From assembly GCF_024298765.1 (NCBI RefSeq), contig NZ_CP101210.1: a stretch of 64,000 bases of DNA. The stretch is one strand, 5' to 3'. The DNA comes from Escherichia coli (GTDB lineage Bacteria > Pseudomonadota > Gammaproteobacteria > Enterobacterales > Enterobacteriaceae). A model generated the notes under the pieces. The model saw only the letters and a program-made list of their open reading frames with translations. It did not search any database and was not told the DNA's origin. Each line of letters starts with the position of its first letter. Positions within the stretch are counted from its first letter, which is position 1. The position numbers and the translations under genes were made by a program. Shown one piece after another: positions 43,776 to 60,645 of the stretch.

Positions 43776-44756
43776 ATGGCACAACGAGTACAGCTCACTG
43801 CAACGGTGTCCGAAAACCAACTCGGTCAACGCTTAGATCAGGCTTTGGCCGAAATGTTCCCGGATTATTCACGTTCGCGAATAAAAGAATGGATCCTCGA
43901 CCAGCGCGTGCTGGTTAACGGCAAAGTTTGTGATAAGCCGAAAGAAAAAGTATTGGGTGGCGAGCAGGTGGCCATCAACGCTGAGATTGAAGAAGAAGCG
44001 CGTTTTGAACCGCAGGATATCCCGCTGGATATCGTCTATGAAGATGAAGATATCATCGTCATTAATAAACCACGCGACCTGGTGGTACATCCTGGCGCGG
44101 GTAACCCGGATGGTACGGTACTGAATGCGTTGCTTCATTATTATCCGCCCATTGCCGATGTACCGCGTGCGGGCATCGTCCATCGTCTGGATAAAGACAC
44201 CACCGGCCTGATGGTTGTGGCAAAAACCGTTCCGGCTCAGACGCGTTTAGTCGAATCTTTGCAACGGCGTGAAATTACTCGTGAGTATGAAGCGGTGGCA
44301 ATTGGTCATATGACCGCTGGCGGTACAGTAGATGAACCAATCAGCCGCCACCCGACCAAACGTACTCACATGGCGGTGCATCCGATGGGTAAACCGGCGG
44401 TCACTCACTATCGCATCATGGAACACTTCCGTGTGCACACGCGTCTGCGGTTGCGTCTGGAAACCGGACGTACGCACCAGATCCGCGTGCATATGGCCCA
44501 TATCACTCATCCGCTGGTGGGCGATCCGGTTTATGGTGGCCGTCCGCGTCCGCCAAAAGGTGCTTCGGAAGCGTTTATCTCCACGCTGCGTAAGTTTGAC
44601 CGCCAGGCGCTTCATGCAACCATGCTGCGTCTTTATCACCCGATCTCCGGTATCGAAATGGAATGGCATGCGCCTATTCCAGAAGATATGGTGGAGCTGA
44701 TTGAGGTGATGCGCGCCGATTTCGAAGAGCATAAGGATGAAGTGGACTGGTTATGA
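43776..44756 (+). CDS. rluD: 23S rRNA pseudouridine synthase RluD
   Basis: 326 aa, S4 domain N-terminus and RluA-family core. Confidence 0.95.
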   Translation: MAQRVQLTATVSENQLGQRLDQALAEMFPDYSRSRIKEWILDQRVLVNGKVCDKPKEKVLGGEQVAINAEIEEEARFEPQDIPLDIVYEDEDIIVINKPRDLVVHPGAGNPDGTVLNALLHYYPPIADVPRAGIVHRLDKDTTGLMVVAKTVPAQTRLVESLQRREITREYEAVAIGHMTAGGTVDEPISRHPTKRTHMAVHPMGKPAVTHYRIMEHFRVHTRLRLRLETGRTHQIRVHMAHITHPLVGDPVYGGRPRPPKGASEAFISTLRKFDRQALHATMLRLYHPISGIEMEWHAPIPEDMVELIEVMRADFEEHKDEVDWL

Positions 44757-45484
44757 GTAAGCTGATTGTCCCGCAGTGGCCGCTGCCAAAAGGTGTTGCG
44801 GCCTGTAGCTCCACTCGTATCGGCGGCGTGAGCTTGCCCCCGTATGATTCGCTCAACCTCGGTGCTCATTGTGGCGATAACCCGGATCACGTTGAAGAGA
44901 ATCGCAAGCGACTTTTTGCTGCGGGCAATTTGCCTTCAAAACCGGTCTGGCTTGAGCAGGTACACGGCAAAGATGTGCTTAAGCTTACTGGCGAACCTTA
45001 TGCCTCAAAACGAGCAGATGCCTCTTATAGCAACACGCCGGGCACGGTTTGCGCAGTGATGACTGCCGACTGCCTCCCCGTGCTGTTTTGCAATCGAGCG
45101 GGAACGGAAATCGCCGCCGCTCATGCTGGCTGGCGTGGACTGTGCTCAGGCGTGCTGGAAGAGACGGTTTCCTGTTTTGCTGATAATCCGGAAAATATTC
45201 TCGCCTGGTTAGGGCCGGCAATTGGTCCACGCGCGTTTGAAGTGGGGGCGGAGGTTCGCGAGGCGTTTATGGCAGTAGACGCCAAAGCGAGTACAGCTTT
45301 CATTCAGCATGGTGATAAGTATCTGGCAGATATTTATCAGCTTGCCCGGCAGCGTCTGGCGAGCGTTGGTGTTGAACAAATTTTCGGCGGCGACCGTTGT
45401 ACATATACGGAAAATGAGACTTTCTTCTCTTATCGTCGCGACAAGACCACCGGTCGTATGGCAAGTTTCATTTGGCTGATATAA
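44753..45484 (+). CDS. yfiH: YfiH (PgeF) purine nucleoside phosphorylase / laccase-domain protein
   Basis: 243 aa, overlaps rluD stop. Confidence 0.9.
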   Translation: MSKLIVPQWPLPKGVAACSSTRIGGVSLPPYDSLNLGAHCGDNPDHVEENRKRLFAAGNLPSKPVWLEQVHGKDVLKLTGEPYASKRADASYSNTPGTVCAVMTADCLPVLFCNRAGTEIAAAHAGWRGLCSGVLEETVSCFADNPENILAWLGPAIGPRAFEVGAEVREAFMAVDAKASTAFIQHGDKYLADIYQLARQRLASVGVEQIFGGDRCTYTENETFFSYRRDKTTGRMASFIWLI

Positions 45485-45546
45485 CCTAAAGAATCAAGAC
45501 GATCCGGTACGCGTGATTTTCTTTTCACATTAATCTGGTCAATAAC

Positions 45547-45576
45547 CTTGAATAATTGAGGGATGACCTCATTTAA
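45547..45576 (+). promoter_or_regulatory. sigma32 heat-shock promoter of clpB
   Basis: CTTGAAT (-35) and CCTCATTTAA (-10-like) upstream of clpB. Confidence 0.5.
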
Positions 45577-45613
45577 TCTCCAGTAGCAACTTTGATCCGT
45601 TATGGGAGGAGTT

Positions 45614-48187
45614 ATGCGTCTGGATCGTCTTACTAATAAATTCCAGCTTGCTCTTGCCGATGCCCAATCACTTGCACTCGGGCACGACAACCAATTCATC
45701 GAACCACTTCATTTAATGAGCGCCCTGCTGAATCAGGAAGGGGGTTCGGTTAGTCCTTTATTAACATCCGCTGGCATTAATGCTGGCCAGTTGCGCACAG
45801 ATATCAATCAGGCATTAAATCGTTTACCGCAGGTTGAAGGTACTGGTGGTGATGTCCAGCCATCACAGGATCTGGTGCGCGTTCTTAATCTTTGCGACAA
45901 GCTGGCGCAAAAACGTGGTGATAACTTTATCTCGTCAGAACTGTTCGTTCTGGCGGCACTTGAGTCTCGCGGCACGCTGGCCGACATCCTGAAAGCAGCA
46001 GGGGCGACCACCGCCAACATTACTCAAGCGATTGAACAAATGCGTGGAGGTGAAAGCGTGAACGATCAAGGTGCTGAAGACCAACGTCAGGCTTTGAAAA
46101 AATATACCATCGACCTTACAGAACGAGCCGAACAGGGCAAACTCGATCCGGTGATTGGTCGTGATGAAGAAATTCGCCGTACCATTCAGGTGCTGCAACG
46201 TCGTACTAAAAATAACCCGGTACTGATTGGTGAACCAGGCGTCGGTAAAACTGCCATCGTTGAAGGTCTGGCGCAGCGTATCATCAACGGCGAAGTGCCG
46301 GAAGGGTTGAAAGGCCGCCGCGTACTGGCGCTGGATATGGGCGCGCTGGTGGCTGGGGCGAAATATCGCGGTGAGTTTGAAGAACGTTTAAAAGGCGTAC
46401 TTAACGATCTTGCTAAACAGGAAGGCAACGTCATCCTGTTTATCGACGAATTACATACCATGGTCGGCGCGGGTAAAGCCGATGGCGCAATGGACGCCGG
46501 AAACATGCTGAAACCGGCGCTGGCGCGTGGTGAATTGCACTGCGTAGGTGCCACGACGCTTGACGAATATCGCCAGTACATCGAAAAAGATGCTGCGCTG
46601 GAACGTCGTTTCCAGAAAGTGTTTGTTGCCGAGCCTTCTGTTGAAGATACCATTGCGATTCTGCGTGGCCTGAAAGAACGTTACGAATTGCACCACCATG
46701 TGCAAATTACTGACCCGGCAATTGTTGCAGCGGCGACGTTGTCTCATCGCTACATTGCTGACCGTCAGCTGCCGGATAAAGCCATCGACCTGATCGATGA
46801 AGCAGCATCCAGCATTCGTATGCAGATTGACTCAAAACCAGAAGAACTCGACCGACTCGATCGCCGTATCATCCAGCTTAAACTGGAACAACAGGCGTTA
46901 ATGAAAGAGTCTGATGAAGCCAGTAAAAAACGCCTGGATATGCTCAACGAAGAACTGAGCGACAAAGAACGTCAGTACTCCGAGTTAGAAGAAGAGTGGA
47001 AAGCAGAGAAAGCATCGCTTTCTGGTACGCAGACCATTAAAGCGGAACTGGAACAAGCGAAAATCGCTATTGAACAGGCTCGCCGTGTGGGGGACCTGGC
47101 GCGGATGTCTGAACTGCAATACGGCAAAATCCCGGAACTGGAAAAGCAACTGGAAGCCGCAACGCAGCTCGAAGGCAAAACTATGCGTCTGTTGCGTAAT
47201 AAAGTGACCGATGCCGAAATTGCTGAAGTGCTGGCGCGTTGGACGGGGATTCCGGTTTCTCGCATGATGGAAAGCGAGCGCGAAAAACTGCTGCGTATGG
47301 AGCAAGAACTGCACCATCGCGTTATTGGTCAGAACGAAGCGGTTGATGCGGTATCTAACGCTATTCGTCGTAGCCGTGCGGGGCTGGCGGATCCAAATCG
47401 CCCGATTGGTTCATTCCTGTTCCTCGGCCCAACCGGTGTGGGGAAAACTGAGCTTTGTAAGGCGCTGGCGAACTTTATGTTTGATAGCGACGAGGCGATG
47501 ATCCGTATCGATATGTCCGAGTTTATGGAGAAACACTCTGTGTCTCGTCTGGTTGGTGCGCCTCCGGGATATGTCGGTTATGAAGAAGGTGGCTACCTGA
47601 CCGAAGCTGTGCGTCGTCGTCCGTATTCCGTCATCCTGCTGGATGAAGTGGAAAAAGCGCATCCGGATGTCTTCAACATTCTGTTGCAGGTACTGGATGA
47701 TGGGCGTCTGACTGACGGGCAGGGGAGAACGGTCGACTTCCGTAATACGGTTGTCATTATGACCTCTAACCTCGGTTCCGATTTGATTCAGGAACGCTTC
47801 GGTGAACTGGATTATGCGCACATGAAAGAGCTGGTGCTCGGTGTGGTAAGCCATAACTTCCGTCCGGAATTCATTAACCGTATCGATGAAGTGGTGGTCT
47901 TCCATCCGCTGGGTGAACAGCACATTGCGTCGATTGCGCAGATTCAGTTGAAACGTCTGTACAAACGTCTGGAAGAACGTGGTTATGAAATCCACATTTC
48001 TGACGAGGCGCTGAAACTGCTGAGCGAGAACGGTTACGATCCGGTCTATGGTGCACGTCCGCTGAAACGTGCTATCCAGCAGCAGATCGAAAACCCGCTG
48101 GCACAGCAAATACTGTCTGGTGAATTGGTTCCGGGTAAAGTTATTCGCCTGGAAGTTAATGAAGACCGGATTGTCGCCGTCCAGTAA
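45614..48187 (+). CDS. clpB: Chaperone disaggregase ClpB
   Basis: 857 aa from [11 protein letters not shown]; two AAA+ modules with Walker A GEPGVGKT and GPTGVGKT. Confidence 0.95.
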   Translation: MRLDRLTNKFQLALADAQSLALGHDNQFIEPLHLMSALLNQEGGSVSPLLTSAGINAGQLRTDINQALNRLPQVEGTGGDVQPSQDLVRVLNLCDKLAQKRGDNFISSELFVLAALESRGTLADILKAAGATTANITQAIEQMRGGESVNDQGAEDQRQALKKYTIDLTERAEQGKLDPVIGRDEEIRRTIQVLQRRTKNNPVLIGEPGVGKTAIVEGLAQRIINGEVPEGLKGRRVLALDMGALVAGAKYRGEFEERLKGVLNDLAKQEGNVILFIDELHTMVGAGKADGAMDAGNMLKPALARGELHCVGATTLDEYRQYIEKDAALERRFQKVFVAEPSVEDTIAILRGLKERYELHHHVQITDPAIVAAATLSHRYIADRQLPDKAIDLIDEAASSIRMQIDSKPEELDRLDRRIIQLKLEQQALMKESDEASKKRLDMLNEELSDKERQYSELEEEWKAEKASLSGTQTIKAELEQAKIAIEQARRVGDLARMSELQYGKIPELEKQLEAATQLEGKTMRLLRNKVTDAEIAEVLARWTGIPVSRMMESEREKLLRMEQELHHRVIGQNEAVDAVSNAIRRSRAGLADPNRPIGSFLFLGPTGVGKTELCKALANFMFDSDEAMIRIDMSEFMEKHSVSRLVGAPPGYVGYEEGGYLTEAVRRRPYSVILLDEVEKAHPDVFNILLQVLDDGRLTDGQGRTVDFRNTVVIMTSNLGSDLIQERFGELDYAHMKELVLGVVSHNFRPEFINRIDEVVVFHPLGEQHIASIAQIQLKRLYKRLEERGYEIHISDEALKLLSENGYDPVYGARPLKRAIQQQIENPLAQQILSGELVPGKVIRLEVNEDRIVAVQ

Positions 48188-48301
48188 TGATAAAACGAGC
48201 CCTTCGGGGCTCGTTTTTGTCTATAAATTAGACGGAAAAGGCTATGTTTAAGATGTTTTGCCTGAAAAATGAGCGAACGATAAAGTTTTTATATTTTTTG
48301 C

Positions 48302-48329
48302 TTGTCAGGCCGGAATAACTCCCTATAAT
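48302..48329 (+). promoter_or_regulatory. rRNA operon promoter P1
   Basis: TTGTCA (-35), 16-bp spacer, TATAAT (-10), AT-rich UP-like element upstream. Confidence 0.6.
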
Positions 48330-48420
48330 GCGCCACCACTGACACGGAACAACGGCAAACACGCCGCCGGGTTAGCGGGGTTCTCCTGAGAATTCCGGCA
48401 GAGAAAGCAAAAACAAATGC

Positions 48421-48448
48421 TTGACTCTGTAGCGGGAAAGCGTATTAT
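48421..48448 (+). promoter_or_regulatory. rRNA operon promoter P2
   Basis: TTGACT (-35) and TATTAT (-10). Confidence 0.55.
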
Positions 48449-48629
48449 GCACACCCCGCGCCGCTGAGAAAAAGCGAAGCGGCACTGCTCTTTAACAATT
48501 TATCAGACAATCTGTGTGGGCACTCGAAGATACGGATTCTTAACGTCGCAAGACGAAAAATGAATACCAAGTCTCAAGAGTGAACACGTAATTCATTACG
48601 AAGTTTAATTCTTTGAGCATCAAACTTTT

Positions 48630-50171
<1,542 letters not shown>

Positions 50172-50239
50172 CCTTAAAGAAGCGTTCTTTGCAGTGCTCA
50201 CACAGATTGTCTGATGAAAATGAGCAGTAAAACCTCTAC

Positions 50240-50316
<77 letters not shown>

Positions 50317-50358
50317 AATTTGCACGGCAAATTTGAAGAGGTTTTAACTACATGTTAT

Positions 50359-50434
50359 GGGGCTATAGCTCAGCTGGGAGAGCGCCTGCTTTGCACGCAG
50401 GAGGTCTGCGGTTCGATCCCGCATAGCTCCACCA
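50359..50434 (+). tRNA. tRNA-Ala (anticodon TGC)
   Basis: GGGGCTATAGCTCAGCTGGGAGAGCGCCTGCTTTGCACGCAGGAGGTCTGCGGTTCGATCCCGCATAGCTCCACCA. Confidence 0.95.
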
Positions 50435-50608
50435 TCTCTGTAGTGATTAAATAAAAAATACTTCAGAGTGTACCTGCAAAGGTTCACTGCGAAGTTTTGC
50501 TCTTTAAAAATCTGGATCAAGCTGAAAATTGAAACACTGAACAACGAAAGTTGTTCGTGAGTCTCTCAAATTTTCGCAACTCTGAAGTGAAACATCTTCG
50601 GGTTGTGA

Positions 50609-53514
<2,906 letters not shown>

Positions 53515-53612
53515 ACAACGCCGAAGGTGTTTTGGCGGATAGAGAGAAGATTTTCAGCCTGATACAGATTAAATCGACAGGTCATAACGAGACGTGTTGA
53601 TAAAACAGAATT

Positions 53613-53732
53613 TGCCTGGCGGCCTTAGCGCGGTGGTCCCACCTGACCCCATGCCGAACTCAGAAGTGAAACGCCGTAGCGCCGATGGTAGTGTGGGGTC
53701 TCCCCATGCGAGAGTAGGGAACTGCCAGGCAT
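53613..53732 (+). rRNA. rrf: 5S ribosomal RNA
   Basis: TGCCTGGCGGCC...GGGAACTGCCAGGCAT, 120 nt. Confidence 0.95.
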
Positions 53733-53744
53733 CAAATTAAGCAG

Positions 53745-53772
53745 AAGGCCATCCTGACGGATGGCCTTTTTG
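53745..53772 (+). terminator. rRNA operon terminator hairpin
   Basis: AAGGCCATCC-TGACGG-ATGGCCTT followed by TTTT. Confidence 0.6.
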
Positions 53773-54055
53773 CGCTGGTGCGGAATAAATGCCGGATGTG
53801 ACGCTGGCGCGTCTTATACTCCCACATAAGCTAGATTCAGCAGCGAATACGGCTTCCCCAACTTGCCCACCTCCATACGTGTCCTCCTTACCAGAAATTT
53901 ATCCTTAAGCTCCTCAATAACCATTTTCCTGCTAACTAAATTCGTGGTTAAGGTTGCATAATGATATGCAACAAATGTATAACATTTTCTTTACCAATAG
54001 AAATAAACAAAAGCGACCGACAAAAGCATCGGATTACGGCAGGAGACATAATGGC

Positions 54056-55354
54056 ATGGCTGAAAGTACTGTAATGGCAGACAGCAAACTGACAAGTAGT
54101 GATACTCGTCGCCGCATTTGGGCAATTGTGGGGGCCTCTTTAGGTAATCTGGTCGAGTGGTTCGATTTCTATGTCTACTCGTTCTGTTCACTCTACTTCG
54201 CCCACATTTTCTTCCCTTCCGGGAACACGACGACTCAACTACTACAAACAGCAGGTGTTTTTGCTGCGGGATTCCTGATGCGCCCAATAGGCGGTTGGCT
54301 ATTTGGCCGCATAGCCGATAAACATGGTCGCAAAAAATCGATGCTGTTATCGGTGTGTATGATGTGTTTCGGATCGCTGGTTATCGCCTGCCTCCCAGGT
54401 TATGAAACTATAGGTACGTGGGCTCCGGCATTATTGCTTCTCGCTCGTTTATTTCAGGGATTATCCGTTGGCGGAGAATATGGCACCAGCGCCACCTATA
54501 TGAGTGAAGTTGCCGTTGAAGGGCGCAAAGGTTTTTACGCATCATTTCAGTATGTGACGTTGATCGGCGGACAACTGCTAGCCCTACTGGTTGTCGTGGT
54601 TTTACAACATACCATGGAAGACGCTGCACTCAGAGAGTGGGGATGGCGTATTCCTTTCGCGTTAGGAGCTGTGTTAGCTGTTGTGGCGTTGTGGTTACGT
54701 CGTCAGTTAGATGAAACTTCGCAACAAGAAACGCGCGCTTTAAAAGAAGCTGGATCTCTGAAAGGATTATGGCGCAATCGCCGTGCATTCATCATGGTTC
54801 TCGGTTTTACCGCTGCGGGCTCCCTTTGTTTCTATACCTTCACCACTTATATGCAGAAGTATCTGGTAAATACTGCGGGAATGCATGCCAACGTGGCGAG
54901 TGGCATTATGACTGCCGCATTGTTTGTATTCATGCTTATTCAACCACTCATTGGCGCGCTGTCGGATAAGATTGGTCGCCGTACCTCAATGTTATGTTTC
55001 GGTTCGCTGGCAGCCATTTTTACCGTTCCTATTCTCTCAGCATTACAAAACGTTTCCTCGCCTTATGCCGCTTTTGGTCTGGTGATGTGTGCCCTGCTGA
55101 TCGTGAGTTTTTATACTTCAATCAGTGGAATACTGAAGGCTGAGATGTTCCCGGCACAGGTTCGTGCATTAGGTGTTGGTCTGTCATATGCGGTCGCCAA
55201 TGCTATATTTGGTGGTTCGGCGGAGTACGTAGCGTTGTCGCTGAAATCAATAGGAATGGAAACAGCCTTCTTCTGGTATGTGACCTTGATGGCCGTGGTG
55301 GCGTTTCTGGTTTCTTTGATGCTACATCGCAAAGGGAAGGGGATGCGTCTTTAG
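54056..55354 (+). CDS. kgtP: Alpha-ketoglutarate permease KgtP (MFS)
   Basis: 432 aa from [20 protein letters not shown]; ORF-track start 53954 is an over-extension. Confidence 0.95.
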   Translation: MAESTVMADSKLTSSDTRRRIWAIVGASLGNLVEWFDFYVYSFCSLYFAHIFFPSGNTTTQLLQTAGVFAAGFLMRPIGGWLFGRIADKHGRKKSMLLSVCMMCFGSLVIACLPGYETIGTWAPALLLLARLFQGLSVGGEYGTSATYMSEVAVEGRKGFYASFQYVTLIGGQLLALLVVVVLQHTMEDAALREWGWRIPFALGAVLAVVALWLRRQLDETSQQETRALKEAGSLKGLWRNRRAFIMVLGFTAAGSLCFYTFTTYMQKYLVNTAGMHANVASGIMTAALFVFMLIQPLIGALSDKIGRRTSMLCFGSLAAIFTVPILSALQNVSSPYAAFGLVMCALLIVSFYTSISGILKAEMFPAQVRALGVGLSYAVANAIFGGSAEYVALSLKSIGMETAFFWYVTLMAVVAFLVSLMLHRKGKGMRL

Positions 55355-55674
55355 TGACGGGTCAGTTGCCAGACGGTATAGCCAGTAGTTGCACCGGCGA
55401 CATCCCAGGTAAAATCTTTCCAGCTCCAGCCGCTCCCCTCGGGGCGGCTATCCCAAAGTTCTTTTGACGCGCCCAGCCCAACAGAGAACATCAGCCCGAA
55501 AGTGGCACTGCGATCGCGACTCATCCCCTGATGCTGTGCATATTCATTTCCGGCGGCGGAAAGCATCGCCGAGGCGATAAAGTGTTGAGCTTTATCCTGC
55601 CCGCTCCAGCTATCGTTAGCCATATGGCTGCATCCAGAAAGTAACAATAGCGAACAGACAAAAAGAATACGCAA
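55351..55674 (-). CDS. yfiM: Lipoprotein YfiM
   Basis: 107 aa, lipobox LLSGCS. Confidence 0.9.
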   Translation of the reverse strand: MRILFVCSLLLLSGCSHMANDSWSGQDKAQHFIASAMLSAAGNEYAQHQGMSRDRSATFGLMFSVGLGASKELWDSRPEGSGWSWKDFTWDVAGATTGYTVWQLTRH

Positions 55675-55717
55675 AACGTGGCCTCCAAAACAAACCCCGT
55701 ACAGGACGGGGTTGTGA

Positions 55718-57073
55718 TTACAGGATGCGGCTAATTAATCGGTCGATGCGGATACGGCGCAAACGACGGATGAGTTTACGAACCTTCACCGGATAATCGG
55801 CAATACTTTGCAGATCGCGATAGTGCTTAACGATGGTGGTATGCTCGCGGATCAGCTCCAGTTCTTTCTCTCGCTGTGGCGCAAGCTCCAGTTGCGGATC
55901 GTGGATCAAAATGGCGTTTTCCAGATCCAGACGCCAGGCGCGCGGGTTCAGGTTATTACCGGTGATCAACATCCACTTATCATCAACCCACATCCCTTTT
56001 AGGTGATAGGTGTTGTCGTCATCTTTCCATAACCGAACCACTAGCTGGTCAGTATTGACGTAATACTGCAAACGGCTCAGGAAACGACGCAGATTGATCT
56101 CATAGAGATAAGGCAATGCGCCAATTATCTTGAAAGGTTCATCTTCCGGAATGTAGAAGTCGTTCGCGGTTTTATCACCAACAATAATTTCGACCTTTTT
56201 CCCTTCGCGCAGCAACTGGATAATATTGCGCACAAGGATTGCTGGCAGGTTGAAGTATGGCGTACAGATGGTTAGTTTCTGCTCGGCACAAGGCATAAGA
56301 TGGAAAATGGTCTTGTTCAACAGACTCGATTTCCCCAGCCCCACTAGCGGCGTTACGGAAAGCTGATCGTTGTCGGCATCGCCCTGGAAATGATAAGCGG
56401 CATCACGCAGCTCCTGGCGGAACAGGCGAATGTCGTTCTTGATTTCCGGGCTTTTTGGCCGATTAACATCATCCAGACGATTAACGCCGCGGCCATTCAT
56501 AATATTCTGTGTAACCCATTCAAACATAATGTCTGACATCTTACGGTTACGGATCAGATGATAACGGTCGTAGCGATATTTATCGTGCTGATGCAGGTAA
56601 ACATCGTTCAGGCTGGCACCGCTATAAAGTACGCTATCGTCGATGATAAAGCCTTTAAAGTGCAGAACACCAAGGGCTTCACGGGTATTGATTGGAACGC
56701 CATAAACCGGAACATCTACGCCCGGATTTTCCTGCGCCATGCGGCAGTACCAGTCAGCGTTAGTGTTAGATGCCGCAGCGCCAATGCGTCCACGTTGTGC
56801 ACGATGCCAGTCGACCAGCACCCGCACATCCAGTTCCGGACGCTGCCTTTTAGCCTCATACAACGCGTTCAGAATGCCTTTGCCACCGTCATCCTGTTCG
56901 AGATACAGGGCAACAATGCAAATGCGCTGCTTCGCGCTGGCTATTTTTTCCAGCAACGTCTCCCGGAAGTCGGCGGGAGCGTAAAAGAAATCGACATCAT
57001 CAACTGATTGAGAAATCTTGGGTAGTTGGGCAAGGTGTTGTTGATGTTTATTACGCTTAAATTTTGACAACAT
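55718..57073 (-). CDS. pssA: Phosphatidylserine synthase PssA
   Basis: 451 aa from [19 protein letters not shown]. Confidence 0.95.
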   Translation of the reverse strand: MLSKFKRNKHQQHLAQLPKISQSVDDVDFFYAPADFRETLLEKIASAKQRICIVALYLEQDDGGKGILNALYEAKRQRPELDVRVLVDWHRAQRGRIGAAASNTNADWYCRMAQENPGVDVPVYGVPINTREALGVLHFKGFIIDDSVLYSGASLNDVYLHQHDKYRYDRYHLIRNRKMSDIMFEWVTQNIMNGRGVNRLDDVNRPKSPEIKNDIRLFRQELRDAAYHFQGDADNDQLSVTPLVGLGKSSLLNKTIFHLMPCAEQKLTICTPYFNLPAILVRNIIQLLREGKKVEIIVGDKTANDFYIPEDEPFKIIGALPYLYEINLRRFLSRLQYYVNTDQLVVRLWKDDDNTYHLKGMWVDDKWMLITGNNLNPRAWRLDLENAILIHDPQLELAPQREKELELIREHTTIVKHYRDLQSIADYPVKVRKLIRRLRRIRIDRLISRIL

Positions 57074-57186
57074 CACAGTGCATTTCTTCTCTGTTCATTG
57101 AAGGGTCCTCTGTGCAATGCAGACGACATAAGCGGGCAATAATAACACCAGTCCCGATTAAGTGGTCAACATTTCCAGTACCTTAC

Positions 57187-59847
57187 TCATGATTCCTCGC
57201 GCTGGGCAAGATTTAGCGTAAGCCCAACGATCCCCTCTTCGAGCTGGATATCAACGTTAAACCCGAGCTTGCGGGCCAGCGCCACCATGCCACGATTGTT
57301 TGGCATCGTAATACCATTCAGACGTTGTAGTCCGTGATCTCGCGTATAGGTAATCAACTTTTCCATTAAGCGTCGACCTAAGCCTAACCCTTTGAGATCC
57401 GAGCGAACCAGCACGGCAAATTCGGCATCGATGTTATCAGGGTCGGAGATCGCACGCGTGACGCCGAGGATCTCTTCTGTTTGATCAATACGTCGTACCG
57501 CCACAAAAGCCATTTCCCGATCGTAGTCGATCTGCGTCATGTTGGCTAAATCTTCATGGGTAAATTCGTTGATCTCGCTAAAGTAGCGGTAATAAAGATC
57601 TTCTTTGGTGACTCGCGAAATGAATTGCTGAAGCTGTGGCTCATCTTCTGGCAAAATCGGGCGGAACAAGCAGCGTTCACCGTTTTTCAATTCTACCCAT
57701 TCTTCCAGCTGATGCGGATAAGGGCGCACTGCCAGCCGACTCTCGTTATCGCCTTCAAACGGCGCGATATCCAGCGTGACATCCAGCGCGGTAAATTCAC
57801 TGCCAGAAGCCAGCAAAGGATGAATATCCAGACGCTGAATTTCCGGGCAATCGACAATCAAGTTAGAAACCTGCACCAGAAGCTGGCTCAAGCCTGCAAC
57901 ATCTAATGGGCGTAGCGCACTGCGCGCACGAATCTTTTTACTTTTGATCCCCTGAATAACCAGATAGCGGGCCAGGTTCATGTTCAGCGGCGGTAGTGCG
58001 ACGACGGCTTGATCTTCAGGACGCCACTCCACACCGCCTTCGCCCAGCATGATCAACGGCCCGAAAACCGGATCGTGCTCAACCACAACCCGCAACTCCT
58101 GAGCGCCAGCACGGTTAGCCATACTTTGCACCAACAGGCCGTGGATCCGCGCCTGCGGCCAGGCCATTTTTACGCGATCGAAAATAGCGTTTGCCGCTTG
58201 CTGGACTTCATTAGCTGTACGCAGGTAGAGCATTACGCCCTGAACTTCCGATTTATGTGGAATATCCGGCGAACGCAATTTCAGCGCCACCGGATAACCA
58301 ATCTGTTCGGCAATATGCACCGCTTCGGTGCTATCGCTGGCAATCCAGGTGGGGAGCGTGTTCATGCCATACGCTTGCAGGATGGGCTGAACTTCATGGG
58401 TATCGAGCGACGTAGCCCCTTCGGCAATCGCCTGTTGCAACAGAAGATGCGCTTCTGCGGTATTAGAGGTCAGATTGCTGGGCAACGCCGGCGTTTCGCG
58501 TAGTTGCTTCTGATTACGTCGGTACTCCACCATATGCATAAAAGCAGTGATGGTTCCTTCCGGCGTGCGATAGGTCGGCAGCCCGGCTTCACTGAATAAT
58601 CGTCGTGCCTCTTGCGAGGAGTGCTCGCCGCACCAGTTCGTCAGCAGAGAAACATACTTGCTGCGGGGATGATGCTTTACCGCTTCAATTAATGCTTGCG
58701 CACTTTCTGTTGCGGGAGCAGCGGCGCTGGGCGAATGAATAACCATCAGCGCGTCAAAATCCTGGCTGTGGAGCAGAATATCCAGCGTTTTAATATAGTG
58801 CTCACTGCTGGCGTCATCGCGTAGATCGAGCGGGTTAGAGATTGCCACATGTTCTGGCAGTGCATCGCGCAGTTTCTGGCAGGTTTCTTCGCTTAGCGTT
58901 GCCAGCTTGCCATTGCGTGACCATAAGGCATCCAGCGCCAGCGCGGCAGGCGCAGCACCGTTGCTGATAATCATCAGCCGGTCGCCACGCAGCGGGCGCA
59001 TATGGCTGAGGGTTTCCACCGCCGAAAACAGCTCGTGAGTATCCTGTACCCGCAACAAACCGGCACGCTGAATAGCCGCATCCCACGCCGGATCCATTCC
59101 TGCCGTGGTGTTCAACAGACGTTGAGCCGCCGGGCTACGTCCGCTTTTAATCACCAGAATCGGTTTGTTGCGAGAGGCACTACGGGCCGCCGAAACAAAG
59201 CGTCGTGCGTCGCTTAACTGTTCGAGATAGAGCAGGATGGCGCTGGTTTTACTGTCGCGGGCCAGATAGTCGAGCAATTCATCAACGTCGATATCCAGGC
59301 TGTCGCCGAGCGCAATAAAGTAGGAAAAGCCCATCTCACGCTGTTGCGCCCAGTCGAGGATGGTATTGGAGACGGCAGCCGATTGCGAAATAAACGCCAG
59401 CTTGCCGCGTTTAATCGGCACAGGCGAAAAGCTGGCATTCAGACCTTGCCAGGGAGCCAGTAACCCCAGACTGTTTGGTCCTAGCAGGCGCATGTTATGG
59501 CGCAGGGCGCAGGCGCGGAGATCTTCATGTTGCGATGCCGGGGCGGAAAGAATAATGCAGGTTTTACAGCCTTTCTCGCCGAGCTCTTCCAGAAGAGCAA
59601 GATTACGGCTGGCATTGGTACATAAAACCGCAAGGTCGGGTGTAAAGGGCAAGCTGGCAATATCCGGCCAGGCCAACACACCCAACACCGCTTTCCAGGC
59701 TGGCGTCACCGGGAGTACCGGTCCGTTAAAGCCTCCCGCCAGCAGGTTACGCATCATCAGGTAACCTGCTCGATTGGATTTCATCGATGCGCCAATTACC
59801 GCAATCGATTTTGGTCGCAGTAGTGCTTCCAGTCCTCGCTGACTCAT
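57187..59847 (-). CDS. patZ: Protein lysine acetyltransferase PatZ (Pka/YfiQ)
   Basis: 886 aa, CoA-ligase-like N-terminal region and C-terminal GNAT domain. Confidence 0.95.
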   Translation of the reverse strand: MSQRGLEALLRPKSIAVIGASMKSNRAGYLMMRNLLAGGFNGPVLPVTPAWKAVLGVLAWPDIASLPFTPDLAVLCTNASRNLALLEELGEKGCKTCIILSAPASQHEDLRACALRHNMRLLGPNSLGLLAPWQGLNASFSPVPIKRGKLAFISQSAAVSNTILDWAQQREMGFSYFIALGDSLDIDVDELLDYLARDSKTSAILLYLEQLSDARRFVSAARSASRNKPILVIKSGRSPAAQRLLNTTAGMDPAWDAAIQRAGLLRVQDTHELFSAVETLSHMRPLRGDRLMIISNGAAPAALALDALWSRNGKLATLSEETCQKLRDALPEHVAISNPLDLRDDASSEHYIKTLDILLHSQDFDALMVIHSPSAAAPATESAQALIEAVKHHPRSKYVSLLTNWCGEHSSQEARRLFSEAGLPTYRTPEGTITAFMHMVEYRRNQKQLRETPALPSNLTSNTAEAHLLLQQAIAEGATSLDTHEVQPILQAYGMNTLPTWIASDSTEAVHIAEQIGYPVALKLRSPDIPHKSEVQGVMLYLRTANEVQQAANAIFDRVKMAWPQARIHGLLVQSMANRAGAQELRVVVEHDPVFGPLIMLGEGGVEWRPEDQAVVALPPLNMNLARYLVIQGIKSKKIRARSALRPLDVAGLSQLLVQVSNLIVDCPEIQRLDIHPLLASGSEFTALDVTLDIAPFEGDNESRLAVRPYPHQLEEWVELKNGERCLFRPILPEDEPQLQQFISRVTKEDLYYRYFSEINEFTHEDLANMTQIDYDREMAFVAVRRIDQTEEILGVTRAISDPDNIDAEFAVLVRSDLKGLGLGRRLMEKLITYTRDHGLQRLNGITMPNNRGMVALARKLGFNVDIQLEEGIVGLTLNLAQREES

Positions 59848-59878
59848 ACCGGTCTCCCGCAGAAGTGACCGAATGATT

Positions 59879-60577
59879 TTAAACGCTTTCTAACTGTTCT
59901 GCTGTGATGCTACCCAGATGTTGCGTTTTTCCTGCCAGATAGCGCGTTTTAAAACGAGTGAAATGCTCGCCTAAGCCCGTTGCGGCTTCGGTATCGCCGG
60001 CCATATCTAACAGTGCGATGGCTACCTCGGCAGTACAATATTGGCCTTCAGCCTGGGCTTCACGCAGGCGATAGGCAGAAAGCCGGGAAAGATCGACGGA
60101 AATGACGGGAAGATTATCCAGATACGGACTTTTACGAAACATCTTGCGAGCTTCAGGCCAGGTACCATCGAGCATGATAAATAGCGGAGGCTTACCGGCA
60201 GGTGGTGTGAAGATCACTTCCCGTTGCTCATCAGCATACGAGGCGGGAAAGACCACCATTGGCTGATAGTCCGGGTTTTGTACCAGATCCAGCAAATCTA
60301 GCGAGGGTTCGGTACGCGACCATTGAAACGCAACGGTATCAGGCAAAATATCAGCAATCAGACGCCCGGTATTACTGGGCTTCATTGGCTCGGTGTCGAA
60401 CATCAGCAAACAGAAGCGACTTTTTGCTTGTGCTGGGGTAATTGTCGAACAGAGACATAATGTCTCTGGCAAAAGACAGCGTTGGCAGCGACGAACGCGA
60501 TTACCGCGGGCAAGAAAAGGACGTGTTGCGCGCGCAATACGCTCGGCGCGTAACTGGAGAACAGCGTTTTCGGTCAT
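59879..60577 (-). CDS. tapT: tRNA-uridine aminocarboxypropyltransferase TapT (YfiP), DTW domain
   Basis: Start at internal ATG (MTENAVLQLRAERIARATRPF) giving 232 aa; DTW motif (MLDGTWPEARKMF). Confidence 0.85.
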   Translation of the reverse strand: MTENAVLQLRAERIARATRPFLARGNRVRRCQRCLLPETLCLCSTITPAQAKSRFCLLMFDTEPMKPSNTGRLIADILPDTVAFQWSRTEPSLDLLDLVQNPDYQPMVVFPASYADEQREVIFTPPAGKPPLFIMLDGTWPEARKMFRKSPYLDNLPVISVDLSRLSAYRLREAQAEGQYCTAEVAIALLDMAGDTEAATGLGEHFTRFKTRYLAGKTQHLGSITAEQLESV

Positions 60578-60645
60578 AAGAGAGCGTCGAAAAAACGCCA
60601 TTGTCGCAGAGGAGAAAACGGGGCACAAGATGCGCCCCGGTAAGA

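Noticed and set aside
53954-54055. N-terminal over-extensions in the ORF track (kgtP from 53954, aroF from 37127, clpB from 45602, methyltransferase from 19437, ratB from 23963, rimM from 32418, grcA from 63333)
   Set aside because: Known protein N-termini and RBS placement support downstream starts; the extensions come from alternative start codons upstream.
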